In this document: piece by piece, positions 38,234 to 48,968 of the stretch
Position numbering within the stretch: the stretch's first letter is position 1
How the letters are laid out: every line of letters begins with the position of its first letter
Assembly: GCA_009691445.1 (NCBI GenBank)
Contig: SICL01000001.1
Span: 1,738 to 65,737, forward strand
Origin: Candidatus Taenariivivens baikalensis
GTDB taxonomy: Bacteria; Omnitrophota; Omnitrophia; Omnitrophales; Aquincolibacteriaceae
Reading direction: 5' to 3'
Length of the DNA: 64,000 nucleotides
Notes under the pieces: model-generated
The model's input: only the letters and a program-made list of their open reading frames with translations
Database searches by the model: none
What the model was told of the DNA's origin: nothing
Made by a program: the position numbers and the translations under genes

Positions 38234-38995
38234 TTATTTTCCAACAATGACTTTTGGAGGAGGTGGCCCTTCTAGCTTTTTCAACGCTTCGGCAATATCC
38301 TCGTTGGTAACCCTTTCCACAGGTTTTTGATAAACATTTGGGTGCGAATCCATGGGGACTTTGGGAGGGGCACTCAAAACAGGTTGATCCTTCCGCTGCC
38401 CAGCAATGAAGGCATCAAGCCATGATTTGTTATAACCCTCTCTGAATTCTTTTTGTTGAACTTTGACTCTTCGGATTTTTTTATCATAGATTTCCCCGGC
38501 ACGATCCATCGCATTCTTAAGTTCTTGAATCTGGATCTGATAGCGCCGCCGGGCTTGTTCTTCCAACGCTCCTTCGAGGCTCGCAGCTTCAACCCCGTGA
38601 ACTTCCCTCAGCTTCTCTGGCGATGTCCATAGGTAGGAAAAGTACTCCCGCTCCGCAAACAGATCTGATTCTGCAATCAAATCCTCAAAAATAATAAATC
38701 CATGATCATCTAAAAAACGCAGTTCGGCCAGATGGTTTTTCCCAAACACTGTATTCAATTTGGAATCCAGAACAACAAATTTATACATAAATTCTTCCAG
38801 GTGCGTTTCATTTTTATCGGGATCGGTGTAATGAATCTGGTCCCCTGTTAAACGGTACAAGAGACGGACGTTTTCGGATTCAAAAATCCTGATCGGATTG
38901 GGGGCGGAGGGGGCCTCTTCAGCGCCGGCAAAAGACAGAGCCTGAAAACAGGCGGTGAAAATAAAAAAAAACTGCCGAAGGCGCACCCGAATCAC
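38234..38995 (-). CDS. Exported hypothetical protein
   Basis: Signal peptide, coiled-coil segment, GTGA coupling to tal-pgi. Confidence 0.65.
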   Translation of the reverse strand: MIRVRLRQFFFIFTACFQALSFAGAEEAPSAPNPIRIFESENVRLLYRLTGDQIHYTDPDKNETHLEEFMYKFVVLDSKLNTVFGKNHLAELRFLDDHGFIIFEDLIAESDLFAEREYFSYLWTSPEKLREVHGVEAASLEGALEEQARRRYQIQIQELKNAMDRAGEIYDKKIRRVKVQQKEFREGYNKSWLDAFIAGQRKDQPVLSAPPKVPMDSHPNVYQKPVERVTNEDIAEALKKLEGPPPPKVIVGK

Positions 38996-41850
38996 TTTTG
39001 GGCTGTTAGATATTCGGTCAGTTTTCGCTCAAATTTCTTAAGACCCGATGCGACATCTTTTCCCAGGTCGATAAGAATAATAGGAAGCCCCTTATTTTGA
39101 ATCGCTTCAAAATCGCCTAAAGCCTGGGCCCGCTTGAGTTGGCTGAAAGTATAATGAGTGTCCGGAACTGGAATATCTTTTACATCGTCAGAGATAAACT
39201 CCATAAAAAGGCCGGAAGCCGTACCCCCTTTATAAAATTGTCCGATGGAGTGTAAATATCGCGGGCCAAAGCCAAGTAAAACTGGAATCCGGAAATGGCA
39301 GCGAATTTTTTGTCGAATCCGTTGAAAAACTGCCGCCCACTCAGGATTACGTGCAAGGTATGGAAGCAGGGATAAATAGCTACCGTGCTTGATCTGCTTG
39401 AAAATAAGCCCCAGCTCTACATGCTTGTTCACAGAATAATAACGCGTCGGCATTTCAAGGGTTTTTCCCTTTTTGATTACACCCAACAAACGAGAGGTGA
39501 TTTCCTTGCTCTCTGTCACATTAGGCTCGTCAAAAGGATTAACCTTCAGCACAACTCCGGCAATCGCCGTGGCAATTTCCCATGCCAAAAATTCACCCCC
39601 TAACGCTACATCGGACGGCCAGATAATGTCAATCCAGGGTAATCCTGCCTTTGAGAGATTTTTTAATTTAGCTTCGAGGATCTTAAAATCCGGATCAGTT
39701 TTTCGGCGGATGGACACAAAAAAACGGTCATCCCCGTAATCAGAGACACCGCCAAGAGCCTCGGTATCAACGGGTAATACACCCATTTTTTCTTTACCCG
39801 TGCTTTCGGCAATGAGCTGCTCAAGCCAGGAACCGAACGAGGCGAGACTTTGGGACGGAACGAGCGTCATTTTATCTCGCCCCTCGAGGGAAAGATGAGC
39901 CAGCACGATGCCGAGGTGGGCAGATGACGGAAATGTTGATCCCTCAAGCTCCGTAAAAACCGACTGCGCGTCTTCGAGGAGGCCGCGGACGTTGATTCCA
40001 AGCAATGCTGCAGGAACTATTCCAAATAGTGAAAGCACCGAAAATCTTCCGCCAATGTTGGAAGGATTGATAAAGCATTGGCGGAAGTGCATTTTATTTG
40101 CCAATACTTCCAATGTTGACCCGGCATCAGTGATCGCAATCCAGTGCCTACCAATGGCATCCGCGGACAATTTCTTTCCGTAAACCTTTTCGCACTGCTG
40201 ATAAAAAAACTTATATTGGGAAAAAGTCTCAATCGTGGATCCTGATTTGCTTGAAACCACAAAGAGCGTCTTTTTAATTTGGATACGTTTCAGCACATTT
40301 CCAATACTGCCAGGATCCGTGGTATCGACGATGCAAAACCTGGGGGCCTTCGAAGGGCGTTTGCAGATAAGGTTCATCACTTCAGGTGCCAAACTTGATC
40401 CACCCATCCCGAGAAGTACAATATCCTGAATTCCTTCAGTGCGGATTTCCTCCGCCAGTTGATCGAGTTCGTAGAGTTTCCCTAAAATCCAATCATGCGC
40501 CTTAAGCCATCCGAGGCGATTGTTAATTGACTTAACATGGAATTCTTCGGCTTTCCAGAGAGTGGGGTCTTGTTTTAAAAATCGGGGAATTAATTCTTGG
40601 GCAACCAGCCCCTCAATCCGGTCTGTGATTTTTCCTTTGGTAGCTTCGGAAAGATGAAAGTCATACCGAGCCAGCGGGCCTTTCCTTGTGGGTAAGGCAA
40701 CTGCTTTTTTTATTTGAGCTTTTTCTAAAGATCGCATCAGATCATCAAACGCATCACAGAATAACTTGACACCTTGAATCTGCAGCTGCTCACCCGTCTT
40801 CTCCAGGCTGATTCCAAGCGCTTGGAGCTGCTCGGTTATTTGCTTAGCATCCTGAACATTTTGTTCAAGGGTATTTTCACGAATATTTCCATGATCCAGC
40901 AGAGCATCAACGGTGATCTGCGGCATCGTATTAACCGTCTCGCGTCCCACCAAGGGTTCAACATAAAGAAGGTCAGGATATTTTGGATTTTTGCTGCTGG
41001 TACTTCCCCAGAGAACTTTCTGGATTTGACCGCCACGCGTTTGAAGCTTTTTAAACTTGGGAGTCTCAAAAAGTTTTTTGAACTCTTGATACACAAGCTT
41101 GGAATTAGCAACGGCAGCTTTTCCCATCAGCCGCGAGGCTTCTTTCTTGCCCTTCGCCACAAGACTTTCCAGTTCTTTATCAATCAACGTATCGAACCGA
41201 CTGACGAACACACTGGCAACAGAACGAATCCCGGCAATCGGGCTTCCAGACTTAAGACGATCTTGCAGTCCTTCCTGATAAGCCAGAGCCACGTCACGGT
41301 ATTGGCGAACTGAAAAAATAAGGGTGATATTGATATTGATCCCTGCGGCGATAAGTCGTCGGATGGCGGGAATTCCTTCGGGCGTTGCAGGAACTTTAAT
41401 CATGATATTGGGACGATCTACTTTTTTGAATAATCGGAGTGCTTCCAGGACGGTTTTCTCCGTGCAATATGCCAGATTGGGAAGAACCTCAAGACTCACA
41501 AATCCATGCTCCCCTTTCGTGCGCGTATGGATTTTAAGAAAGAGGTCGCAGGCCTTCTGAATATCACTCACAGTCAAGGCGTCGTAAATTTCAAGAGTAC
41601 TTGCTTTCGCCCGGGTCAGGCGTTGAATGTCTTTGTCATAAGCACCCTTTGACTGGCTGATTGCATTTTGAAAAATGCTGGGATTAGACGTGACGCCAAG
41701 AATCCCCGACTCATCAATCAAGGATTTTAATTTACCGGACAGGATCATGTCGCGACTTAAGTAGTCTAGCCAAGGACTCTGGCCCGCTTGATAAAGTTTT
41801 TGGGTGGGAAGTATTTCGAGAGCTGCGCGCATTGAATTTCTCCTTGCCAA
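38992..41850 (-). CDS. tal: Bifunctional transaldolase / phosphoglucose isomerase
   Basis: GQSPWLD, GVTSNPSIF, IKVPAT; GMGGSSL, SKSGST.ET, GGRFS, EQLIAESTGK, GPRYLHS.GQ. Confidence 0.93.
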   Translation of the reverse strand: MARRNSMRAALEILPTQKLYQAGQSPWLDYLSRDMILSGKLKSLIDESGILGVTSNPSIFQNAISQSKGAYDKDIQRLTRAKASTLEIYDALTVSDIQKACDLFLKIHTRTKGEHGFVSLEVLPNLAYCTEKTVLEALRLFKKVDRPNIMIKVPATPEGIPAIRRLIAAGININITLIFSVRQYRDVALAYQEGLQDRLKSGSPIAGIRSVASVFVSRFDTLIDKELESLVAKGKKEASRLMGKAAVANSKLVYQEFKKLFETPKFKKLQTRGGQIQKVLWGSTSSKNPKYPDLLYVEPLVGRETVNTMPQITVDALLDHGNIRENTLEQNVQDAKQITEQLQALGISLEKTGEQLQIQGVKLFCDAFDDLMRSLEKAQIKKAVALPTRKGPLARYDFHLSEATKGKITDRIEGLVAQELIPRFLKQDPTLWKAEEFHVKSINNRLGWLKAHDWILGKLYELDQLAEEIRTEGIQDIVLLGMGGSSLAPEVMNLICKRPSKAPRFCIVDTTDPGSIGNVLKRIQIKKTLFVVSSKSGSTIETFSQYKFFYQQCEKVYGKKLSADAIGRHWIAITDAGSTLEVLANKMHFRQCFINPSNIGGRFSVLSLFGIVPAALLGINVRGLLEDAQSVFTELEGSTFPSSAHLGIVLAHLSLEGRDKMTLVPSQSLASFGSWLEQLIAESTGKEKMGVLPVDTEALGGVSDYGDDRFFVSIRRKTDPDFKILEAKLKNLSKAGLPWIDIIWPSDVALGGEFLAWEIATAIAGVVLKVNPFDEPNVTESKEITSRLLGVIKKGKTLEMPTRYYSVNKHVELGLIFKQIKHGSYLSLLPYLARNPEWAAVFQRIRQKIRCHFRIPVLLGFGPRYLHSIGQFYKGGTASGLFMEFISDDVKDIPVPDTHYTFSQLKRAQALGDFEAIQNKGLPIILIDLGKDVASGLKKFERKLTEYLTAQK

Positions 41851-44022
41851 TTAAAATTTCGCACGAATGGCGGGAAGATACATCTTTTCAATGTATTCCC
41901 TTAACATTCGTTCTGTATTAAAAAATTGCATGATAGAACTTATGGAAGACATCATCATTTTAACCCATTCGGGGGAAAATGTATTCGCTTTTAACGGACG
42001 GCTAAAAAAAACAGGAAAAACCTCTTTTTCAAGAACCCGAAAGAGTTCTTCCCTATCTTCATTATTAGTGGTATCTTCCCCGCCCTTCCCAAAAATCCAC
42101 CCGTTTAATCCGTGGCGGATGCCTTCCGGAACCCACCCGTCATTGATGGATAAATTTAAGACGCCATTAATTCCCGCCTTCATACCGCTCGTACCACTTG
42201 CCTCCAAGGGCCGCGTTGGATTATTCAGCCAGAGATCACATCCTGATTCTAAATACCGGGCCAGTTCAATGTCATATCCCTCAATGAAATAAACCGAGGC
42301 TTCGATGCCTTTTTTTAAGCAGTATTCTTCCAATCTCCGGGAAACATCCCAAATCTGATGGATCCGATTTCGGCCTGGATAATTATCAGGATGAGGCTTG
42401 CCTGCAAACAATAAGCTTATTGGCGTTTTGTATTTTTGATACATGCGCTCTAAAAATTCAAACAAGTATTCTTCATCATCAAGAATCAGTGTGACTCGCT
42501 TATAAGCGGCAAATCTCCGGGCGAAACCGATCATAAGAGAATCCTTCGATGGAAATTTGTTCACCCTTAAAGAGATATCGTCCGGCAAAAGGCCTTCCCG
42601 TTTCCAACAGGTTGTCATACGAGATTTGACAGCATCAAGCATCTGCTGTTTTAGCTGTTGATGAAGAGACCAGAGTGTCTGGCCTGGAATTTCCAAAATC
42701 TTCTCGACACCGCCAAACTCATCAAGCATGCGGGCCAAGGAAGGTTGCTGCCAGTAGGGAATGTGAATCGCATTTGTAATGGCCCCAATCGGCAAAGGAT
42801 TTACGGGCTTATTCGGAAGTTCAGCCAAATGCGCCCACATCGTTTGGCATATGTCTCCGTGGAGCTGGCTGACGCCATTGCGGAAGGCTCCCGAAAAAAG
42901 TAAGGCCAGTTGAGTCATATCAAAAAGATTGCCAGTATTCTTTCCCCAAGCAAGAAGTTTCGTGGATTCTTTGATATCGAGGAACGTATCAAGATACGAT
43001 TTAAGTTGTGAGACCACCAGATTGAAATCAAAACGTTCATTGCCTTCAGGCACGGGTGTGTGGGTCGTGAAACCAATTTTGTGGCACACGCTTTTTAATG
43101 CGGAATCCATGGCGAGCTTTTGAGAACTCATCACATGGCGAAGAATTTCGAAACAAGCAAAGGCTGCGTGACCTTCGTTCAAGTGGAATGCATCGGGATG
43201 GTACCCCGCCTTATAAAGGGCTTTGACTCCGCCTACCCCTAAAATCATTTCCTGCTCAAGACGACGCTGACGCTCATCTTCTCGTGGTTTTTTAGAGGCA
43301 TAAAGGCGCTGAGAGATTGAGCGGTCATTAACATCATTTTCTTGAAGGTTTGTATCGAGAAGTAAAAGATCCACACGGCCGATCTTCGCCACCCAAACCT
43401 GGGCTTTGACCGTGCGGTTACCAATCGGGACCTCAACAATTAACGGGGTTTTTTCTAAAAGACTCTGAACGCTTTCAAGAGGTAGATAATTTTTAACATC
43501 TTTTCCTGGAGGGACTAAGGATTCATAAGAAACCCGCATATGCCCTTCCAGGTCAACATTCTGTTCGTAATATCCTTCGAGATAGAGCAGTCCAACTGCC
43601 ACCAAGGGAATGCCTAAATCGCTGGCTCCGCGCAAATGGTCGCCCGACAAAATTCCGAGCCCACCTGAATAAATAGGAAGGGTATCAAATCCATATTCCA
43701 TAGAAAAATAGGCAATTTGCTTTCCCTGAAGTTCCGGATAAAGTTTTTGGCATGATGCTTTAGCCGATTCAACATACTTTTCGTAAGCCTTGCAGGCGAG
43801 GTCTGCCTTTTCTAGAAAGTCGGATCGCTGAGAAAGTTCTATCATCTTAGGATGGGAGGACGGGCTGTTATCAGTGGCTTGCGCGAATAAAGAATAATAA
43901 TTACGAGGGGGATGCGCGTTGATTAAAGGACCGATTGAATCCAGTACCGCGCGCATTTCCGGGGACCACTCCGTCCAGTAATTAGCAGTCAAGGTCCTAA
44001 GTTTTTGATCTAAAGAGCTCAT
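41851..44022 (-). CDS. glgP: Alpha-glucan (glycogen) phosphorylase
   Basis: YFSMEYG, YSGGLG.L.GD, HLNEGH, ARRFAAYKR, EASGTSGMK. Confidence 0.93.
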   Translation of the reverse strand: MSSLDQKLRTLTANYWTEWSPEMRAVLDSIGPLINAHPPRNYYSLFAQATDNSPSSHPKMIELSQRSDFLEKADLACKAYEKYVESAKASCQKLYPELQGKQIAYFSMEYGFDTLPIYSGGLGILSGDHLRGASDLGIPLVAVGLLYLEGYYEQNVDLEGHMRVSYESLVPPGKDVKNYLPLESVQSLLEKTPLIVEVPIGNRTVKAQVWVAKIGRVDLLLLDTNLQENDVNDRSISQRLYASKKPREDERQRRLEQEMILGVGGVKALYKAGYHPDAFHLNEGHAAFACFEILRHVMSSQKLAMDSALKSVCHKIGFTTHTPVPEGNERFDFNLVVSQLKSYLDTFLDIKESTKLLAWGKNTGNLFDMTQLALLFSGAFRNGVSQLHGDICQTMWAHLAELPNKPVNPLPIGAITNAIHIPYWQQPSLARMLDEFGGVEKILEIPGQTLWSLHQQLKQQMLDAVKSRMTTCWKREGLLPDDISLRVNKFPSKDSLMIGFARRFAAYKRVTLILDDEEYLFEFLERMYQKYKTPISLLFAGKPHPDNYPGRNRIHQIWDVSRRLEEYCLKKGIEASVYFIEGYDIELARYLESGCDLWLNNPTRPLEASGTSGMKAGINGVLNLSINDGWVPEGIRHGLNGWIFGKGGEDTTNNEDREELFRVLEKEVFPVFFSRPLKANTFSPEWVKMMMSSISSIMQFFNTERMLREYIEKMYLPAIRAKF

Positions 44023-44079
44023 ACGCCAACAAAGTATCAAAAACTCAGAGAAATTTCACCAAAAATCAGGAAATAAGAA

Positions 44080-45114
44080 TTAAATAGCAGGAGCGCTTGC
44101 CACAACAGGTAGGCTGAAAATAAATTCGGAGCCTTTTCCGAGACCTTCGGAAAAGACGGAAATCTTCCCGTCCTGGGATTCTACAAGTTGTTTCACAATG
44201 GCGAGGCCCAGTCCGCTCCCGGCATGTTTTCTAGAAACGGGATCTGTGGACCGGTAAAACTCTTCAAAAATCAGTTGGTGCTCGGAAGGATCCACACCAA
44301 TGCCTGTATCTCTGACACAAATCTTGAGCACAGATTCCTTTGGGTCAAATTTAGCCTCTAAAATAACGGTCCCTCCTGCCGGTGTATACTTTATCGAATT
44401 ATTGAGCAAATTAACCACCACTTGAGTCACTCGATCCAAGTCTCCTTTGACATCGGGAAGGACATCCGGAATCATTTCCTCAAAGCGAATCTGCTGCTGA
44501 TCACATACCACAATGTGGTCTTCGTAGCAGGCTTTAAGTACCGGTACGATATCAAAGATTTCCTTGCGGACAGAAACTTTTCCAGATCGGATCCGCGAAA
44601 GATCTAAAAGTTCATCCACGATGCGATTCAGACGCTGTCCCTGCATTAGAATCTTTCTCACCCGGCGCTTCTGCTCATCATTGAGAGTTCCCAGTTTCTC
44701 ACGCATAAGAATTTCAGCAAATCCACTGATAATTGAAAGCGGAGTACGGAGTTCATGGGAAGCGACCGTCAAAAATTCATCTTTCAGTTTATTGAAGCGG
44801 GCGTTGACTGAGTTAGAATTGTCGGAACTAAGCAAAATCAATTCTTTGCTCGCAAGAAAAAAAACAAACCCGGGAATGAGTATTACTGTCTCAAACATTA
44901 TTTTGAAAAGGGATTCAGGAAGTGGATACAACCATATCATATTCTTGAGATACAGCATTGAAAGACTTAAGGCGAATAGAATGCAGGAAACGTAAACAAT
45001 ATTACGGCGTGATTTTTCAACCGTTGAGACACGAATGAGAACCACTGAGGCGAGAAAATAAACCAGAGTCCCGACAATGTTAAGGGAAATATAGAAAAGT
45101 AACTTGGGCGTCAT
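44080..45114 (-). CDS. Membrane sensor histidine kinase
   Basis: Three TM, SHELRTPL, NLLNNSIKY, DTGIG, GSGLGL. Confidence 0.93.
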   Translation of the reverse strand: MTPKLLFYISLNIVGTLVYFLASVVLIRVSTVEKSRRNIVYVSCILFALSLSMLYLKNMIWLYPLPESLFKIMFETVILIPGFVFFLASKELILLSSDNSNSVNARFNKLKDEFLTVASHELRTPLSIISGFAEILMREKLGTLNDEQKRRVRKILMQGQRLNRIVDELLDLSRIRSGKVSVRKEIFDIVPVLKACYEDHIVVCDQQQIRFEEMIPDVLPDVKGDLDRVTQVVVNLLNNSIKYTPAGGTVILEAKFDPKESVLKICVRDTGIGVDPSEHQLIFEEFYRSTDPVSRKHAGSGLGLAIVKQLVESQDGKISVFSEGLGKGSEFIFSLPVVASAPAI

Positions 45115-45128
45115 GATCCCTCGAAAGG

Positions 45129-45758
45129 TTAAGCAACCTTGGGAGTATTCCCGCGATATTTAAGGTTCATGAAATGGTCGGTAACTCGTTTTAAATCAGC
45201 CATCGTAAAAGGCTTGGAGATAATGTCCGTCACTCCGCAGGTTCGCATCTTTTGAATATCGGCATCGCTTTTCAGAGCAGAGACGGCTACGATCGGGATA
45301 TCGCGGAACCGCGGATCCTGGCGGACAAATTTTGTAAATTCGAATCCATCCAACTCGGGCATAAGAAAATCAAGAAACACAAGATCGGGTTGTTCCTCTA
45401 CTAGTTTGGCGCCCGCTGAAAATCCATTTGCAGCTTCTATCACCTTAACTCCGGGTATTGTAGAAAGAAGATCATTCAGAATAATCAGAAGGTCCGGTTC
45501 ATCATCTACGGTAAGCACGAGAAAATGTTTTCTCTGCTTCAATTCCTCCTCACCCTGCCAGGGGAGATTATAATCCTGGGCAAAACGGGAAAGCTCTTCA
45601 TGTTCAATACGCCGGTGCCCGCCCACTGTTGTATAGCATTTGAATTTACCGCTGCCAATCCATCGAATCACAGTGATGGGAGTGACGCCAAGAAGTTTTG
45701 CAACTTCGTGTGTGGTGTAGAGTTTTTTTGTTGCGGGCTTATCCATAACTGCCCCCAT
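45129..45758 (-). CDS. Response regulator with N-terminal excisionase-like HTH
   Basis: YTTHEVAKLLGV...TV.RW...G....T.GGHRRI plus REC (VDDE, LD..MP, KP). Confidence 0.9.
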   Translation of the reverse strand: MGAVMDKPATKKLYTTHEVAKLLGVTPITVIRWIGSGKFKCYTTVGGHRRIEHEELSRFAQDYNLPWQGEEELKQRKHFLVLTVDDEPDLLIILNDLLSTIPGVKVIEAANGFSAGAKLVEEQPDLVFLDFLMPELDGFEFTKFVRQDPRFRDIPIVAVSALKSDADIQKMRTCGVTDIISKPFTMADLKRVTDHFMNLKYRGNTPKVA

Positions 45759-45869
45759 TTTGCTCGACTGAGGTTGAGTGAAATGTTGTAAATGTGCTTT
45801 TTGTTACCTTCAATTGAAGTATACTTGGCGGTTTCTAATAATGCAAATAACTGGCGGGATTTGAAAAAT

Positions 45870-46352
45870 CTAGCTGATCAAAACGCGGCGGGGATTTGAC
45901 GGGGTTTTCGCTGCAGATGTTGCGGTTTCTGGGGTGGTATTGTTTTGTGTGGCAGTTGCGGTGGAGGTTGAAGTACTGGTTGTCGCCGCCCCAAAATTAT
46001 CTTGGCTGCTTGACATACTTCCAAGCTTCAGGGATGACGACAAAAAATGGAGCTCTTTGGTAACTTGAGATCCGGAAGTAGTTGTCTCCGCGCCCCCTGT
46101 CGATTCAGCCTGAGCCCCACCGGCAGGTGGTGAAGTCGAGGTTGCAACCTTACCCTGATAAAACGACGGGGTTGTAAAGTGGCTGCTGGACGTAGCCGTT
46201 TCGGTGGCGGTACTCGTATCTGTAGCTGCCGTACTTGTCGCAGTGGATGTATTTGTCGATGTATCCGCAAGGAATCCAAAGCACCATCCACGAAAAGGTG
46301 CCAAAATTTCTAAAAGGCCAGCAAGAAGCAGGATTTTCATTATTCGTCCCAT
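45870..46352 (-). CDS. Exported Ser/Thr-rich low-complexity protein
   Basis: Signal-like N-terminus; repeated TSTAT-type units; TATAAT 6 nt upstream of ATG. Confidence 0.65.
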   Translation of the reverse strand: MGRIMKILLLAGLLEILAPFRGWCFGFLADTSTNTSTATSTAATDTSTATETATSSSHFTTPSFYQGKVATSTSPPAGGAQAESTGGAETTTSGSQVTKELHFLSSSLKLGSMSSSQDNFGAATTSTSTSTATATQNNTTPETATSAAKTPSNPRRVLIS

Positions 46353-46380
46353 AGGATAATTATAGCTGATAAAAGCAAAT

Positions 46381-47322
46381 TTAGGGTTTCAGGGCAGATC
46401 GAACATATTCAATGACCTCTGATGGGACACTGGGCCCAAGAGCGTCTAGCCAGTAAACATTCTTTTCTTTACGGAACCATGTCCATTGGCGCTTGGCAAG
46501 ATGCCGGGTATTCATCTTGATGTCTTCGCTAATTTTTTCAAGCATCAAAGGCTTATCAAGATTCTGCGGCTCCTTCAAACGATCCAAAATTTCCTTGTAG
46601 CCCACTGCTTGCTGCGCGGTTTTAGAAAGGTCTTGGGTTTTAAGCTGTTGGACTTCCGACAAAAGCCCTTGGTCAAACATTTGATCGACACGCTGCTGAA
46701 TGCGCTCATACAGAATTTTTCGATCCATCGTTAATCCCACAATAATAGGATTAAACCCTAACGATTCCAGCGAGATGGATGAGGTCGGAAGAGTCGACGG
46801 CTTCTTTCCTGATATTTCAAAGATTTCCAGAGCCCGAAGAATTCTCTTTTTATCACGGGGCATAATCTTATTTGCCCGGTCAGGATCAATTTCCTTTAAG
46901 CGATCATACAGAACGGAAAGTCCGCAAGCGGCTGTCTCGGCATCAAGTTTTTCACGGATCTCTCGCGTGTCACCGATTTCAGGAGAAATTCCGGCGAGCA
47001 AAGTCCGGATGTAAAATCCTGTTCCACCGACCACCATGGGGAGACACCCCCTTTCTGCAATCGCGCGAATATTGGCAAGGGATTTTTCGTAGAAATCAAA
47101 AGCAGAAAAAGATTCCGATGGATCCAAAATATCAATGAGATGATGAGGGACTATCGCCCTATCAGGTTTGGTGGGCTTAGCAGTTCCAATATCCATGCCA
47201 CGGTAAACCTGCATGGAGTCGGCGGAGATAATTTCTCCTTGAAGCTCTAGCGCAACCTCAAGTGCGATCTTGGACTTTCCAACCGCGGTGGGGCCCACGA
47301 TGAAGAGGACAGAATTTCTCAC
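46381..47322 (-). CDS. miaA: tRNA dimethylallyltransferase
   Basis: GPTAVGKS, DSMQVYRGMDIGTAKP, GGTGFY, AKRQWTWFR. Confidence 0.97.
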   Translation of the reverse strand: MRNSVLFIVGPTAVGKSKIALEVALELQGEIISADSMQVYRGMDIGTAKPTKPDRAIVPHHLIDILDPSESFSAFDFYEKSLANIRAIAERGCLPMVVGGTGFYIRTLLAGISPEIGDTREIREKLDAETAACGLSVLYDRLKEIDPDRANKIMPRDKKRILRALEIFEISGKKPSTLPTSSISLESLGFNPIIVGLTMDRKILYERIQQRVDQMFDQGLLSEVQQLKTQDLSKTAQQAVGYKEILDRLKEPQNLDKPLMLEKISEDIKMNTRHLAKRQWTWFRKEKNVYWLDALGPSVPSEVIEYVRSALKP

Positions 47323-48968
47323 ATGGATTCAGGGGCTGAGACCCCCAGTAGATTAAGACCATTACGGAGAACAATGCGGACAGCATCAATAAGAATTAGG
47401 CGGGCCTGGCTCAATGCGGCATCCTCGGAAAGCACCCGGTGAACGGAATAGAATTTATGAAAACTAGCAGCAAGGTCACGGAGATACTCGACAAGACGGT
47501 AAGGTTCAAGGGTTTGAGCCGCGTGAACAATCGTTTCCACGTAATCATAAAGGTGTTTGATGAGTTCGGTTTCCTCCGGACTCACCAATCGCTCAGTATT
47601 TGCATCATCCTTAAGGGACTGCGCGGCATGACGAAGAAGACTGGAAATCCGGGCGTGGGCATACTGAAGATAATAAACCGGATTATCCTGAGATTTTTCC
47701 TTGGCTAAATCCAGATCAAAATCGAGATGACTTTCCACCTTGCGCATGAGAAAGAAAAAACGCGCCGCATCCGCACCGACCTCCTGAACTAATTCACGAA
47801 GCATGACAAATTCTCCCGATCGTGTGGACATGCGGACCGGTTCCCCTTTCCGGTAAAGGGTTGTCAGCTGGACAATGCGAATGTCAAGTTGGTCCGGATT
47901 GAAGCCCAACGCTGAACACGCTGCTTTTAGCCGAACAATATAGCCGTGATGATCGGGCCCCATGAGATCAACAAGCCAGTGGTAACCGCGGTTGAATTTC
48001 TCACGATGATAAGCAATGTCAGGCGCGATATAGGTAAGTTCACCAGTCGACTTGCGGACGACACGATCTTTGTCATCGCCAAAAGCAGTCGTCTTAAACC
48101 AGAGGGCGCCATCTTGTTCGTATAAATGACCCGCCTTGCGTAAATCCTCAAAGGCGGCTTCAATGCTTTTATTTTGATACAAAGTGCGTTCACTAAAGAT
48201 ATTCTGAAAATGAACATCGACGGTATTCAGATCTTCCAGGATTCCCTTCATAATTGTTTCCTGGGCATACAAACGACAGGCTTCGATGCCTGTGATTTCA
48301 TTCTCCAAAAGACTTTTACCTTTTTCAAGGATAAGCGCTTTGGCGATCACTGCAAGATAGTCGCCTTGATACCCTTCTTCGGGTATTGGTTTCTCGACGC
48401 CAAGCTCCTGGCAGTAACGCGCCCAAAGACTTTGGCCCAATAAATTCATTTGCCGGCCGGCGTCATTAAGATAATACTCCGCATCGGCTTGATATCCGGA
48501 GGTTCGAAGCAAACGTACCAGCGTATCTCCTATAATCGCCTGACGGCCGTGAGCAATCGTGAGTGGACCTGTCGGATTCGCACTGACAAACTCCACCAAA
48601 GCCTTTTTCCCAACGCCATATTCGGATTGGCCGTATAAGGAATCCTTTTCCCGAATTTCTCGCAGAATATCTGTCAGCGAGCTTTTAACGAGGTAGATAT
48701 TGATAAATCCAGCGCCTCCGATCTCAATTCGATCAACGGAAGCAGGACACTGATTTTTTAGTGTGGGGAAAAAATCTTCGGCCGATTTTTTCGGAGGCTG
48801 GCGCGTCAGACGTGACAATTTAAACGCAACATTCGAGGCGAAGTCACCTTGAGTTGAATCTTTCGAGACTATAATTTCAAAGTCGCCGAGATCGGAAATA
48901 GACAGCTCTTTTTGCTGGGCATAAGCCGCAAGGCTGGACTTAATCCATTGATTAAGAACCTGCTTCAT
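47319..48968 (-). CDS. argS: Arginyl-tRNA synthetase
   Basis: EFVSANPTGPL..AHGR, MSTRSG, NPVYYLQYAHAR, APESM. Confidence 0.97.
   Translation of the reverse strand: MKQVLNQWIKSSLAAYAQQKELSISDLGDFEIIVSKDSTQGDFASNVAFKLSRLTRQPPKKSAEDFFPTLKNQCPASVDRIEIGGAGFINIYLVKSSLTDILREIREKDSLYGQSEYGVGKKALVEFVSANPTGPLTIAHGRQAIIGDTLVRLLRTSGYQADAEYYLNDAGRQMNLLGQSLWARYCQELGVEKPIPEEGYQGDYLAVIAKALILEKGKSLLENEITGIEACRLYAQETIMKGILEDLNTVDVHFQNIFSERTLYQNKSIEAAFEDLRKAGHLYEQDGALWFKTTAFGDDKDRVVRKSTGELTYIAPDIAYHREKFNRGYHWLVDLMGPDHHGYIVRLKAACSALGFNPDQLDIRIVQLTTLYRKGEPVRMSTRSGEFVMLRELVQEVGADAARFFFLMRKVESHLDFDLDLAKEKSQDNPVYYLQYAHARISSLLRHAAQSLKDDANTERLVSPEETELIKHLYDYVETIVHAAQTLEPYRLVEYLRDLAASFHKFYSVHRVLSEDAALSQARLILIDAVRIVLRNGLNLLGVSAPESM

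Noticed and set aside
38992-41850. Tal-Pgi fusion as a novelty
   Set aside because: Established bifunctional family.
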